The position numbers were made by a program, and so were the translations under genes. The notes under the pieces are model-generated. The model made no database searches. It was given only the letters and a program-made list of their open reading frames with translations, and was not told where the DNA came from. A stretch of 51,238 bases of DNA, counting the filler, from Circinaria calcarea (taxonomy: Eukaryota): assembly GCA_051942165.1 (NCBI GenBank). It is 3 parts of 3 records of this genome, joined end to end, with 100 filler letters (N's around TTAATTAATTAA, not from the genome) between each part and the next. Parts side by side here need not be neighbours in the genome. Positions count along the whole stretch, not along the records: positions 17,118 to 34,132 come from JAVECS010000292.1; positions 34,233 to 51,238 come from JAVECS010000293.1; 1 more part is not named here. One strand, written 5' to 3'. How positions within the stretch are numbered: position 1 is the first letter of the stretch; each line of letters starts with the position of its first letter. Of this stretch, positions 29,652 to 41,749 are shown piece after piece.

Positions 29652-30723
29652 ATTCGAGGGTGATTGGTAGAACGGGAATATTGGATGCGGATTAGGGAGC
29701 CATGGCGTCTTTTGATGGGAAGGGAAGCTCTTGTAGTAGGTTGGGGATGTGGGACATGGGATTATGGCCGGGGGTGGGGACTATATGATACCAATGAATA
29801 AGTGAATGAGTGAGTTGACACTTAAACACTTCTTTCATCCGAAAGACATAAAAGTACGCGAATAGGAAAATATCGGGGAAACTTGAAACCTCCCCCCCTC
29901 TCCTGAATAAAAACCAAATACCTCATCACGCGGGAAACCCCTTTCGTTGCATTATCTCCATTATTTTACCTTATCTATACCTTTTAATTTCTCATTTTCC
30001 AAAAAAAAACCAAAACCCCAAGCCCAAGCCCAAGCCGGGGTATAATAAACCATACCTTTTTCACACCCTTGGTTGCTAAATAAACATTGGAGTTAGTTTA
30101 GCATACATACTATGAAAGGCGGGAGTTTTTGTCCTGTACCATATAGCATATAGAACTTTCTGTTCTGTGCTGTGCTGTGCTGTTGCGCCACCACCCGCCC
30201 GTTTGGCAGTAGCGTAGGCATGTATTGTTTGTTGTGTTGCCAGAGCTTTTCTTTTCTTTCCTCCTTGGTTTCAAGCACTCTTTGCGAATTATATACCATA
30301 ACCGAGGTACACATCGTACACATACATAACATATATAATATCACACACAGACACATAGCATACACCCAGCACGGGCCGCCTATGCGCAATACATACAAAG
30401 TATTCCTTCCACTATGACACTCCACCCTTTTGCATGCTTGCTGTTGACCTGGTGATTTTAACAGAGCCCGGCCTTTTCAGGTGTAAATCACATCATTATA
30501 ACATATCCATATCCCATTCCATTTCGTTAAATGGGTTTCGCCGCAGCAGCTAGGTGAGAAATCCTCCCTCTTCCCTCTTCCCTCTGCCCTCCCTCTCCCT
30601 TTTTCTTCCTTTTTCAGCAAACACATACCAGAACCGGGACCGGGACCGGAACCCCTCCGCTATGCTAATGCTATCCCTCATTTCTTCCAAAAAGGACCCA
30701 ATCCCAAACCCACTCTGCCGTTT

Positions 30724-32493
30724 TTAGCCTAAGAGATCATATATGAATTCGAGATCCCGTCTGCGAAACTCGCGTTTCTCGAAATTCCGCTCGTCAAAGT
30801 TTCTCTCTTGGAATTCCCGTTCTTCGAGTTCCCGTTCTTCGAAATCTCGCTCTTCAAAGTCTCTCTCTTCGAAAGTTCGTTCCGCAAAGTTACGTTCTTC
30901 AAAGTCCCTCTCCTCCAAATCTCTTATGCAAGGTGCCCCATAGCTCCCACCCATGCCTCTAGTGCCACTCCCTCTCATACCACTGCCGCCCTGGCCTATA
31001 CCGCCAATACCCATGCCGCCCGTCCTACTGTCCTCGCCCATACCACTCATACCCATGACACCACCGCCCATCATCATGTTGTTACCTAGAGCCTTGGCGT
31101 AGCGGCGGTGCATTGCCGATTTTGAAGCTCCAGATCCAGCACGGCCAGGGATCCCAGCCCCATAACCCCTTTGGCCTCCGGGTGTGCCACCGAGTCCGTG
31201 TTGCCCATCCATGTGTCCTTCACCGTGTCGCTCCTTCTCCACTTGCGCGTTCTGACGTTGCATCTCGGCCCATTCTTTCCGACTGGTTTCGTAGATTTCT
31301 GGGGGGGAGTTCAAGGTGTGGGTGTTTTGTTTAGGGGACTTTTGTGCATTCAGTCGTTTTGCATGGGCGTGGGGTTGAAAGCGAACCATCTCATAAGGTT
31401 CAGATTGGAATTCCAAGCCCTGATATTTGACACCAAAGCGAGGACGAGGAGGTTGAGTAGCGGTCTTTTGATCATGATGGCGATTTTTGTTTTGGCTTTC
31501 GTGCTTCCTCAAAGCCTCGATGAGTTTCTTGGTACGTGCTTCTCGTGAATCCTCTGCTCCGGTGCCTTTTCCTGAGTTTAGGCCTTTTGAAAAACGGGAC
31601 GGGCTATCACTCTCGCGTGAGAGCACCTTAGCACTACTTACAGCAGGGCCGCGTCGGATTTGTTCGGCGCGAGCCTGAAGTAGTTGTAAGGACTTGCCAA
31701 CTGCGTGGAGCATACTTTGTTGACCCTGGCCAATACGTTGAGACTGGTGGTGGGCATGCTTGCGTTGCTGTGTACCGTGATATTTACCGCGATCTGTGCC
31801 ATGATGCTTGCCACGATGTTGGCCGGTATGTTGAAGTCCTTGTTTCCTGCCAGGGGTGGCTGGTTTTCCTGAAGTAGTACCCTCGCCGGGGATAACTTGC
31901 TTTTCTAGAGTATCACCACTCTCAGGCGCAGTCTGGCCTTTTGGGGCAACCGCACCACCAGGAGTAGCTTGCTTTTCTGGAGTATCACTATTCTCAGGCA
32001 CAGTCTGCTTTTCTGGGGTAACCGTACCACCAGGAGTAGCTTGCTTTTCTGGAGTGGCACCACCACTAGGACTAGCAGCCGCAGCCTTGATATCACCGGC
32101 AATTCCAGCAACCGCACCACCCGCCGCCGAAGAGTCAGTTGGTGCTTCGCGCTTGAACATCTGCGCTACAAAACCGCCGGTCTTTTGCATGAAAGATTTG
32201 AAGCTAGGATTCTGAGCTGCAAGCTCTTGGACATCTCGCTCGGAAATGTCACGCTTGATAAATTGGGTAACAAACTTCTTCGCCCCTTGGACAAAGTCAT
32301 GGAACTCTGGATCACGCTCGAAGAGGTCCGCAAGATCCCGTGTAGTGAGCGCTGACGATGTAGCATTACCCGAAAGCGGAGCTGGAGTGAAGGGCCCGGC
32401 GACAGCACCGCCTGGACCGTTGTTAGCCCAAACATCACAAGCGCCCAAAGTAGCAAGACTGGCTAAAGCGATATATTGTTTAAGGAGAACCAT
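30724..32493 (-). CDS. Secreted low-complexity repeat protein with multiple KR/RR/ER-D sites (candidate peptide precursor)
   Basis: Long single-exon ORF with signal-like MVLLKQYIALASLATLGAC. Contains two amphipathic KR-ended repeats, TPEKQ repeats, a His/Gln-rich block, a Gly/Met-rich block and C-terminal (D/N/E)FEER pentamers. Confidence 0.75.
   Translation of the reverse strand: MVLLKQYIALASLATLGACDVWANNGPGGAVAGPFTPAPLSGNATSSALTTRDLADLFERDPEFHDFVQGAKKFVTQFIKRDISERDVQELAAQNPSFKSFMQKTGGFVAQMFKREAPTDSSAAGGAVAGIAGDIKAAAASPSGGATPEKQATPGGTVTPEKQTVPENSDTPEKQATPGGAVAPKGQTAPESGDTLEKQVIPGEGTTSGKPATPGRKQGLQHTGQHRGKHHGTDRGKYHGTQQRKHAHHQSQRIGQGQQSMLHAVGKSLQLLQARAEQIRRGPAVSSAKVLSRESDSPSRFSKGLNSGKGTGAEDSREARTKKLIEALRKHESQNKNRHHDQKTATQPPRPRFGVKYQGLEFQSEPYEMVRFQPHAHAKRLNAQKSPKQNTHTLNSPPEIYETSRKEWAEMQRQNAQVEKERHGEGHMDGQHGLGGTPGGQRGYGAGIPGRAGSGASKSAMHRRYAKALGNNMMMGGGVMGMSGMGEDSRTGGMGIGGIGQGGSGMRGSGTRGMGGSYGAPCIRDLEERDFEERNFAERTFEERDFEERDFEERELEEREFQERNFDERNFEKREFRRRDLEFIYDLLG
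30745..30925 (-). repeat. 15-bp coding tandem repeat (xFEER)n
   Basis: RDLEERDFEERNFAERTFEERDFEERDFEERELEEREFQERNFDERNFEKREFRRRDLE. Confidence 0.9.
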
Positions 32494-33473
32494 GGTTAAG
32501 GTATGATAAGAGATGTAAAAGGTAATGCTTGCGTCGCTTGTGATCAAGACTTCTGTTAAAGAGGACGTTCGTGGCCGATGGGATGGACGGTTCGCGATCA
32601 AATGCAAAAGGATGGGGGCTGTACCTAACTATATTGTGTTATAAAGCCTGGCGGAAGGTAGGGAAGGGATAATAAGGGGCTGATGCGAAACGGTATGGTG
32701 TTGTACTGGGCAGAAGCAAGAGGTTAACAACGTTGGTGGTCATTCTTGCAATTGGATTCCAACATGACACCGAATAAGCCTTCCTAAGTGATCGATCCCG
32801 CACAGCATGTTGGACTTGCAGATGGCGCTGCTGAGTACTGTGTTGGTGATGTTGGAATGGGTTGGACTTTGCCGCACTAAGCCTACACGCTAGTCCCGTT
32901 CGGAGATCAGCAACACTGCTGTACTTTACCTTCGATCACATCGACCCGTCTATGAATGATCGTATTCTTTAGCCGTCAGTTAACCTCTTCTGATTTGGTG
33001 TCCGGCGAACCATTAGCGCATGAGTACGTAAAGCGGAGATGCTCTTCGTCGTAGGCGTTGTATACCAATGCACCGGTTGACAGTTCAGCCTCATAGGAAA
33101 TCTAGCAACTGCTGGATCTTGTGACTAGCAGCAGCATCCTGTAAGATCTGTCTATGCAATCACTTGTGCTAATCTTCACTGTCAAATATCCATTGCAAGA
33201 AAGCATACAGTGCTCTGTCTTTGGCTGCAAGGAGTGCATACTCGACTTTCTTTTTCAAGCGTAACCTGAACTATGAACGAAAAATTCGGAAGGAGTGACA
33301 TTTCCGTGACGTTAGATGAGATTGTGAAACCCAAAGCTGAACCTAAACACATGAGGTCTTAGTCCTGTCGACAGACCCTTACCCCCGAAAGAGGTGATTG
33401 ATAATGGACGCCGCCCTGGTAACTGAAAGGGGACCCTTTCCGTTTCTCTCTCTTGTAGGCGAGGACTAGCGGA

Positions 33474-34132
33474 TCAGGTGTGTTGAGATTCTGCCGGACA
33501 GGTTCTAATACATGTTCGTATCTCAGCGACCTTACTCTTCAATTCCTTGGGCGAACGAGACCAGTCGGTTTGCCGCAATAATTCGGCCTTCGTAGAAATG
33601 TAGAGAGCATCCGCAGCCTTGTTCCTTATCTGAGGCCATTGATTAGAGCAGCTGTATAAGTGCAACTAGAAAGGGGGCGTACCTTGGGATAAGGATGTAA
33701 AAGCATGCTAGTGAGCTTGAGTTGAACCATACTCTGGACGGGCTCGATCGTAGCAAGACCCGTATAGACTTCGACACTCGCCATGAGTTTGTAAACGTTG
33801 GTCGACTTGTAACAAGTCCTTTGTATCAACAACACGAGGCTAGACCATCTTCGCGAATTAGTCATGGAACAGACAGACTGAGTATGATTAGTTTACCGGA
33901 GCCTGTGACTGTGCAATCGACCGAGAACTCTCGTATCGAGTAAGAAGCTGAGAACCTCCAAAACTGGTACTGATAGCCTGTCTTTGGTAAGATTGCTTTG
34001 GAATATCTCAAAGAGGCTCTCGTAGAATTCAACAAGACTGCTTTCAGGACGATCTAATAGGTAGGTTACCAGTGCTGCTCGAGAAACTCGAAGGACGGAC
34101 TCCGAGCCTGAACCGGCAGACGTAACGAAGCC
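33474..34132 (-). CDS. Tubulin-folding cofactor D, 3' end only
   Basis: Spliced translation GFVTSAGSGSESVLRVSRAAL..DRLSVPVLEVLSFLLD..|WSSLVLLIQRTCYKSTNVYKL..KLTSMLLHPYPK|IRNKAADAL..DW resembles the fungal TBCD C-terminus. Two introns; truncated by the contig end. Confidence 0.75.
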
Positions 34133-34232
34133 NNNNNNNNNNNNNNNNNNNNNNNNNNNNNNNNNNNNNNNNNNNNTTAATTAATTAANNNNNNNNNNNN
34201 NNNNNNNNNNNNNNNNNNNNNNNNNNNNNNNN
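34133..34232. other. Artificial contig spacer
   Basis: 44 N + TTAATTAATTAA + 44 N, identical to the first spacer. Confidence 0.97.
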
Positions 34233-35356
34233 GCCAAGGGGAGGGGAGGGGGGAGGAAAGAAACACGCCTCACCGATTCTTCGCACCGGTTTCTGCCCCT
34301 TCCTTCATCTCCTACCTATTCAAATTAACCTCAATTCCCCTAAATTCTCCCCAGTCTTTAATTTCCCTATTCCCACCATTCCCACCAGTTCCTCTAGTTC
34401 CCACCAGTTCCTCCTCCTCTCCTCTCCTCTTTTCCACCCATATCATCACCCCATCCGCACCCCTTTCCGAACTTCTCACACTTCACTTCTAGACATCTAG
34501 AACTAAACCTCGAATAAAACTCTTAACTCGAGAACTTGAACAAAACCTTGGCAAGAAAAATCGTATCATCTAGAATATTGGGATTTGGGATTTGGGATTA
34601 GGGATTAGGGGATTAGGGGATTGGAGGTAATTTTTTTTGGATGTGGGGATATAGGAAAAGGGGTTGGGAAGGAGGTTGGGAAGGGGGGGGAAGCTGGTTA
34701 TTTAACGAAGGATTTTTTTTATTAGAGGGAGGATTAGGGATGGAAAGGAGTGTAGGGATGGTTGGGGGGCAGCTGCCTTCGATACGACTTGGTTAATATG
34801 GGATGGGGGTTTAGATTTAGGTTTAGGTACTGTAGGGAGAAGGAATGAAGTCGAAGAGTAAATAGTAAATACCAAATGGTGATTTGGATTGGATTTTTGG
34901 GTATTATGGTTTCTCGCCATCGGAATCATTTCTACTTTCATTTAATAAGCTGTTATTAAGTCAGACCCCCTGCGCTGCAGTTTCTCATGACCGTATGTAC
35001 TTCTTGCCGTTGCGATTCGTGAGTCGGCCGGATAAAATCTCCCATGAGTTTCCCGCCGCCACGTTTGCGGAAGTGAGGGTGGGATGGGGCTGTAGTTAGG
35101 AGGATGAGTAGGTTTGTGTGCGGTGCGGGATGCTCTGTGAGTGATCGGAGCTCCGTTCGTGTGAGAGAAGTGCAGTGTTTAGCTAGTGCGTGTCGGCAAT
35201 GAGGCAGGATTACAAGTATCAATCCCCGCACTGGCTGACTGGACTGACTGTGTCGGATTAGACAAGTAACCAGGGAAGCCAAGAGCGCTCCTCGCTATGG
35301 CGATTGCTGCGAGGAGAATTGTAACTTCCTTAACCGTATGCACTCCTGGACCATTC

Positions 35357-36250
35357 TCATCGACCATCCTTTAGGAAGTTAAGAAATGCCTTTGCGACAA
35401 TAACGCCATCGTGATCCTTCCCCACCCTTGCCATGGCATTTTCAAACATCTCATCGTCAAAAATGCCTTGGGCATGTCTAGTTTTCAACAATTCCGTCAT
35501 GATTTCCTCATTAAACTCCGGATGCCCTTCGACCGAAATCAGCTTTCGTGGCATATACATATCCTGGACTTCACATCTGGGAGATGATCCTAGCGCCTCC
35601 ACACCGGGGGGATGGCTGTATACGATGTCTCTGTGCATCTGATGGATATTCTGCTACTGCATCAGCGTGATGAATCTTTGGTATTCTTTCCCATTGAAGG
35701 CAGCCGACCAGTTTGTCTTTTCCGAATATCTCCTTTCCCCGGGCTGTCAAGTCAACCTCTGAAACACTGAGTTCCCATCCTCGGTCACTCCGGGCAACTT
35801 TCGCTCCCATTGCTCTCCCAACGATCTGATGTCCAAAGCAGACTCCAATCACCCGGACCCGATCTTGTGATAATACTTTTTTGACATAATCCACCAAGTC
35901 ATTGATCCAGGGAATGTTGTCATGGGCGTTGAATTCTGTACGGCCCTCAATCAGCCGTCTCGATTGCATTTGTGCGGTACATTTGACCTCATGAGGACAA
36001 GACACATGCAACAGCAAGCGTACGTACTCGACCCCGAAATCAAAATCGCATCTATGTTGTCCAAATCAGGATATTCTCTTTTATCGAGTACATTCCACCT
36101 CGTGATTTCCAACTCATCATTTGCCAACTTGAGGTCTCTCGCGCCAGCCTCTAGGAGGGCAGTGTAAAGACCGCAGTAGCCGCCGTACTTGGTGGAGATC
36201 CATGAAATCAGGGAGTCACATTCAAGGACGGCAACCCGTATAGGACTCAT
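35357..36250 (-). CDS. Class I glutamine amidotransferase-like protein (YLR126C type); 3 exons
   Basis: RVAVLECD, ILISGS, nucleophile IGVCFGHQI, HQMHRD and GHPEF triad motif. Confidence 0.88.
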
Positions 36251-36935
36251 TGCGTGGAGGTGGAATCAATGGAATAGCTTTCGAACCGACTGTCCCATTG
36301 TGTCAGTGAGGTACTCCGTAAGCTTCCGATAAGGTCAAAAGAAAATCCTCGCTTATGATAGATACCATAGTCAGTATTGCCTTATCTATCATAATCCTTG
36401 CTGGTGCCGGCATGTGGAAGTCAACTTGTACTTGGCTTATCACCAATATATGAGACCCCTCAAGCAAAAGAAGTCCGTAGTTAGCGAGTCAATATAGACC
36501 AACTTAGATTTCAAGTGAGCCTCTAACTTTCCAAAGTAAATTATCATTGGTCACGTGGTGGAGACAGGAGCGGTTAGATTGGAAGGGACTAGCTTCCGGC
36601 ATTGGTTTTGGCGCGTGCATACGGGGACTTGGGAATTTCTCATCGTACACAAACAACACACATAGAATAGCAGTTCAGCAGTACAGCAGCAGTATTGTAT
36701 TCAGCGACTATATGACTTCCATATGCGCATTGCACTGTGGCAGTCAATTCATGCCATATACCCTCGGATTCTTCCATAATCAGGACCTCGAAGCCCGTCC
36801 TCGACAGCGTCTTTGCCAATACCCTAGGAGCATAGCGGAGCACCATATTTCCTTCACAGTCACAGTAAGTTTGTCAACTAAAGCCCGTGACCAGAACAAT
36901 CCCTTATCCGATGTATCTTTAAATGTTTCTCCTCC

Positions 36936-38813
36936 TCAAAATGATTGAGCGAGCTTGGATCTCCGCCTCATATAAGGTCCACAAAAGAAGAGTACATAAA
37001 TCAAAGCCACCAAACCTAGAGATATGAAGGCAAGGGTTGTCATGGCCCAGGTTGAGCCCAGGTTGGCGAAGAGGATGATACCTGAGAAGATAAGTCAATC
37101 CATCTGCCTACTAGAGAGATGCCAGATCGATGCCGAGGGCAGCATGAAGCATACCTATATGAGCAAAAGCTGCCGCAAGTACAAAAGAAGGAATTGAAAA
37201 GGCTGCGACTGCAGAAGCAGCCACGTTGGGATACGAGTCTGTTGGAAGCAGGGCGGATTAGATAAACCACATAGGCGGTTGGCCTACTGATCTCACCGGT
37301 GATATAGTTCAACATGCTAAGCCACAGTAGCGGGTTCGCAAACCCGAGCACTCCGCCCGCGACGACAGGCGACCAGAAAGACGTCTTTCCATTCGAGGTG
37401 AATGCGAACCAGAATAATGAGATGGGGAACAACCAGACTGCCACCATGGAAGTGAGGAATCTAGCTTCGGGACGGCTCTTACCACCACGATGAAGGCGGT
37501 CACGCTTGAAGAGATAAGTTTGAACTGGGACGAAAAGAAACATCACCGTAACCCCAACGGCGACATTGAGGTAGGTTAGAACAGCGTCAATATATCTGGC
37601 GACGTCGTTAGAAGAGACTACTCGAGATAAGAAATGCTAGGAAGGGAACTTACGAAAGACCATTGTTGACCGCGAAGACGGAGAATACACCCTCAAGATA
37701 TAGAAAGAGTAAACCATACGCGAAACCGTTATAGATGCCAAGAAAAGCGACAATGGGCTCCGTAACCATAATTTTCAAGGCCATTGTAGCGACGAATTGC
37801 AGTTCCTTCACTACATCGACCTTAGTCTCGATAATAGCGGCTTCTTCGGACGAGATCGAATCTTCTCGCCTAGCTATCTTCGTGGTGACTATTCTTGGTA
37901 ATGTTTCTGGGATCAAACACATGAACACTGCAAATCCGGCTCCAATTATGGAGCTGCCAACGTGATTAGCTTCAAAGGGTAGACTCTTGATAAATATAAC
38001 ATGCTTACTTGATCCAGAAGATCCAGGGTAGCCCTAATTTGGGATTCTCGACGATCCACTCACCAATGGGGCCCCCGAAACCAGCACCGATATTCGCTGA
38101 CCAGACAAAGAGTGCCATTGCTTGTCCAGCATTATCGGCATTACCGAAGAGGTCGGCGATAGTCCCTGCAACATTTGTAAGGGCGGTGCTCCCTGCCACG
38201 CCTGATAAGAATTGGAAGATGATGAGCATGGGCAGGTTGAGCGCTTTCGCAGTCCCCTTGGATGTTCTCAGTAGTGTTTCCAGGGACTTTCTCTTATGGT
38301 ACTCTTACAATGTTTATTATGGCGTATAGTAAAATCGATCCAACATAGACCCATTTGCGCCCTCCAGTGTCGCTGTGGGTGTAAGCTTCTTACCTCTACC
38401 GTCCTCCGAAACCCAAGCCTAACTTACGACAAGGGACCTAAGAAAGCTGGGCCAACTGCATTTCCCACTATGAATAGCGATTGGCCCAGTGTAATCACCT
38501 GGATACTTCCGCCAAACCGCTCCTGTATCAAAGTTTTGGCGGAAACATACGACGTCGAGGTGATTGTTACCAAAATCTGCAGGAAACAATAGACGGAGAC
38601 GATGTACCATTTCTTCCAAGACGGCCAGTGGATCGGATGGTGTGGGTTGTGGAGATGGACATGTTGCAAAATTCCGAGCGGCGAGTTATCACTGCCAGGT
38701 ACCAATGACAGCGTTCTTGCTTCCACAAGATAATCAGGAGAGTGTCCCGATGCACCGTTCGCCAATTGTTTTTCCCCGCCCGAATCGCGAGTCTTTTCGT
38801 CCGAGCAGCCCAT
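36936..38813 (-). CDS. MFS transporter, DHA1-like multidrug family; multi-exon
   Basis: NPHHPIHWPSWKKW, GPAFLGPLS|DTGGRKWVY, GTIADLF, IPETLP, PEARF, YIT|DSYPNVAASAVAA; ends GPYMRRRSKLAQSF stop. Confidence 0.88.
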
Positions 38814-39339
38814 CTGACAGACCGTGACGCGCTGAGCAAAGCAAGATGGAAAAGTCAATGGATGGCAGATGAAACGAAACTGGAGGTTTAAGGAAGAAGA
38901 CTTTGGCCGCCATGGTAGGCATGATGATCCTGCCCTTGATCTGCGCCGTGTTCAATACCCAAGATAGTCCAGGATTCTCTGGGGCTTTCCGACGACTCCC
39001 GAAGGTAGGACAGGAAACAACCCTTACCCGCAGAGGGCGGGGGAAGGCTAGGGTTTGAGGCTTTTTAGGGGCGTTTGTATGTAAGGTGTGGAGGCAAAGA
39101 AAAGCCAACGGGTATCGATTAGTCCTATGTGCAGTGGTTTGGCGGGCTTCAACCTAAGTAGGTAGGTGCTCCGAACGCTGAGCGTCTGAGCGATTGGATC
39201 AGAATCTTGATGACTGGAGGTGGTAAAATATCACAGTTGATAGATCGCTACCAACTACCTCTTCCGGTGACCACAAGTCCGAGTCCAAAAGGAGATATCG
39301 TCGTCTTGAGAAATGTAGCTCGAACTGACTCGCGCTTCC

Positions 39340-39804
39340 ATTCGGAGGGAATTCTGGTTTCTTGATCCAGCAACGATTCCGCCGCAGAGATATGAGTATA
39401 CCACCATACTGCACCCTTGACAGCATGGGGAAGCTACTATAGCTCGGCCGGTAAAGCTCGCGAGCATCGCTACTATAAAACGGTACAAGGCGACTTCATA
39501 GTCACTGGCACCAATGTTATCAATACGAAAGGCCGTCCGTTTCGGTAGGGGTCACGGTTTCTTTGACCTAGAATGGGGCATGCTACACACACTGGGACCT
39601 ATCCCCGAGACAACACGCATTGTTGCAGTTGTGCATGACTATCAAGTCTAAAGGGACGATCTCACGCCGAACATGTCCCATACTGCGTGCGATATCAGTA
39701 GTACGGGGTGTTGAAGTGCCAATGGCGAAAAATTTGTTCGTGGGATTCTATGGAACCAATTGGCAGAGGGAACACACGAGAGTATACCACCTCTAGAGAA
39801 TTAA
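39340..39804 (+). pseudogene. Degraded 5-formyltetrahydrofolate cyclo-ligase-like (MTHFSD-type) gene
   Basis: Fragments in shifting frames: IRREFWFLDPATIPPQRYEY, DFIVTGTNVINTKG, (+1 shift) VRFGRGHGFFDLEWGML..IVAVVHDYQV*..ACDI, GILWNQLAEG..SIPPL. Stop at 39649-39651. Not visible in the ORF track. Confidence 0.78.
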
Positions 39805-40519
39805 TCGACTCGAGAGCTGCAACACAGCCTATTTGGTATTACAAACAGCCCTGATGACGCTTCTGTCCCTTAACCAGCGACAAGTGAGAGTCTCCAGCTT
39901 GTTCTATGAGTGATGGACGTGGTCAATGGACATTAGTATTATCAGGGTCTACAAGCACCACGGCCAATGGCCGCTTACCTTCACCACAAGTGCGTCGCTG
40001 CACGATAAGACATGCTTCGATTCCTGCGGGCAAGTAAGCTGTAGTGGGCGGTGGAGGCGGTGGAGGAAGGAAACTTGGTTCTTCTGTTCCCCGGATAGAT
40101 ATCAAAGACGAAAAGTCACGGCAAGATAGTTGTAGCGAGAAAGAATGGACGAGTAGGGTACATTCAAATTACAGATACTGCAAGATAGATTAAATGAAAT
40201 TATCCCCTAGTGCGGAAAAGGAGGATGGACTGACATGGTTATGGTCGAGGTGACTATACTTACCCATCATTGAATGGAAAACAAAGACCCGACTTAAGAA
40301 TCCAGCCCTAATCGATATCCTACCATCCCGAAACATACTGTGGTAGACGTGGACCCTTCGACGTCATCACCCAAGTTGCCCCACTAAAGGGTCGAATTAT
40401 TTCCAGTGCTCGAATACCTCAGCTAGCAATTGACCGCTGCCAACCTTACCGGTTCATCAACAGCGAATCCAGTCCCCGAAGCGTTTCAATCCGGCAACGA
40501 ATAATTCCTCATCGCCAAA

Positions 40520-41062
40520 ATGAGTGGAAACTCCTCCGTCGGTCAACGCACCGTTTACGAAGACGGCGACCAGCGTAACTACCCACAGTCTGAAATCCAA
40601 ACAGCAGAACGGTACAAAGAGGGAAAAGAAAATAGCCACAAGGCCAATGATTCTAGTGAGATGGACCAAGCACCTTTCCATATTCATTTCTACCGAAGAA
40701 TTGCACCGAGCATAGATGCTGACTGGATCTTAATCAAACAGAGGATCAGCGTTCAATTGCGAATAGACTAGATAAAGAAGAGGTGAGTTGGTCCGACGCA
40801 GCTGTGCGAAAGTGACTTTCTGATTCCGTGGTGAAACGCAGCGAAAAAAGGAGATTGTCGAGACCAGCAGCAAGGAAGCAGAGGAGTACAAGAAGGATCC
40901 CACCCTACCCGTATGTCGAAGTCTGAGTAGATGTTTGATGGACATTGGAATAACGGAGTCCAGGCACGCAATCATGGCAACGAGCCGTCAAAGGGGGCAA
41001 AGATCGATGCCGAGTTGAAAGCTGAAGAGGAAGAGGAGCTACGTAGGAAGGGAAAGGCGTAG
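40520..41062 (+). CDS. Small hydrophilic conserved fungal protein of unknown function; 4 exons
   Basis: Three canonical introns give MSGNSSVGQRTVYEDGDQRN..EGKENSHKANDS|KDQRSIANRL..|..KKDPTLP|ARNHGNEPSKGAKIDAELKAEEEEELRRKGKA stop. Confidence 0.8.
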
Positions 41063-41335
41063 ACATTCGGGATTAGACTGAAAAACCAGTGGGAAAGGCT
41101 TTCGGTCCGGAATCTGGATCCAAAGACACATATCCCTTAGCTAAGGTTATCGGAAAAAAAGTTCAACATGCATTTGCTCAAGTACATGTACAATCACACC
41201 ACGATCGACTTTAGCTGCTTGCGTACGCACTTCCCCCAGCTATATTGAATGTCACAGTGAGAATCCAATTGAATGGGGATTGTAGCCTATATCTAGAGCG
41301 CCTTAAAACCCATTTTCCCACACAGCCAAAACATT

Positions 41336-41749
41336 TCAGCACACGCCCGAACAGCTAGGATTCTTCACATAATTAATTGTCAAGTAGCCATCCTGTTTAG
41401 GGTCGTTGGAGAAAGGGTAGCCTGTAGGGATGCTGCCGCAGCTGGAATGGTCGCAATGACCGTACAGATACTCAATAAGTCGGTGGACAACGCCGCCGCT
41501 GAAAGCCGTATCGGTTCTCTGGAAGAAGGCGCAGAAGTGGCCGTCGCACGCAATGTGTTCTCCCTGCCTATATTCGCGGTTCAAAGGTATGCTATCATTG
41601 ATGAGTCGGTATATGTCGGTGTTTGACTTCCTGCAAAAATAGCTTCCCCGGCAATTTATTCCTAGCGCTCTTTCGTCAATGGACGATGAAAATGCGCCAT
41701 TGAGGTTGAGGGCTGCAATGATGCAGGCGGTAAGAATGGCCGATCGCAT
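41336..41749 (-). CDS. KP4 killer toxin-like secreted protein
   Basis: Signal peptide, then the LGINCRGS..C KP4 signature, GEHIAC, CAFFQ, CGSIP and LTINYV; 8 Cys in the mature part. Confidence 0.88.
   Translation of the reverse strand: MRSAILTACIIAALNLNGAFSSSIDERALGINCRGSYFCRKSNTDIYRLINDSIPLNREYRQGEHIACDGHFCAFFQRTDTAFSGGVVHRLIEYLYGHCDHSSCGSIPTGYPFSNDPKQDGYLTINYVKNPSCSGVC

Noticed and set aside
32600..33470. Structured ncRNA (RNase P/MRP, telomerase RNA, snRNA, TPP riboswitch) in intergenic DNA
   Set aside because: No convincing conserved boxes or template sequence by eye. No tRNA, rRNA, CRISPR array or transposase was recognised anywhere in the window.
34580..34625. Telomere-like GGGATTAGGG repeats
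   Set aside because: Irregular 7-8 nt units, only about 45 bp, internal to a low-complexity flank; not a (TTAGGG)n array.
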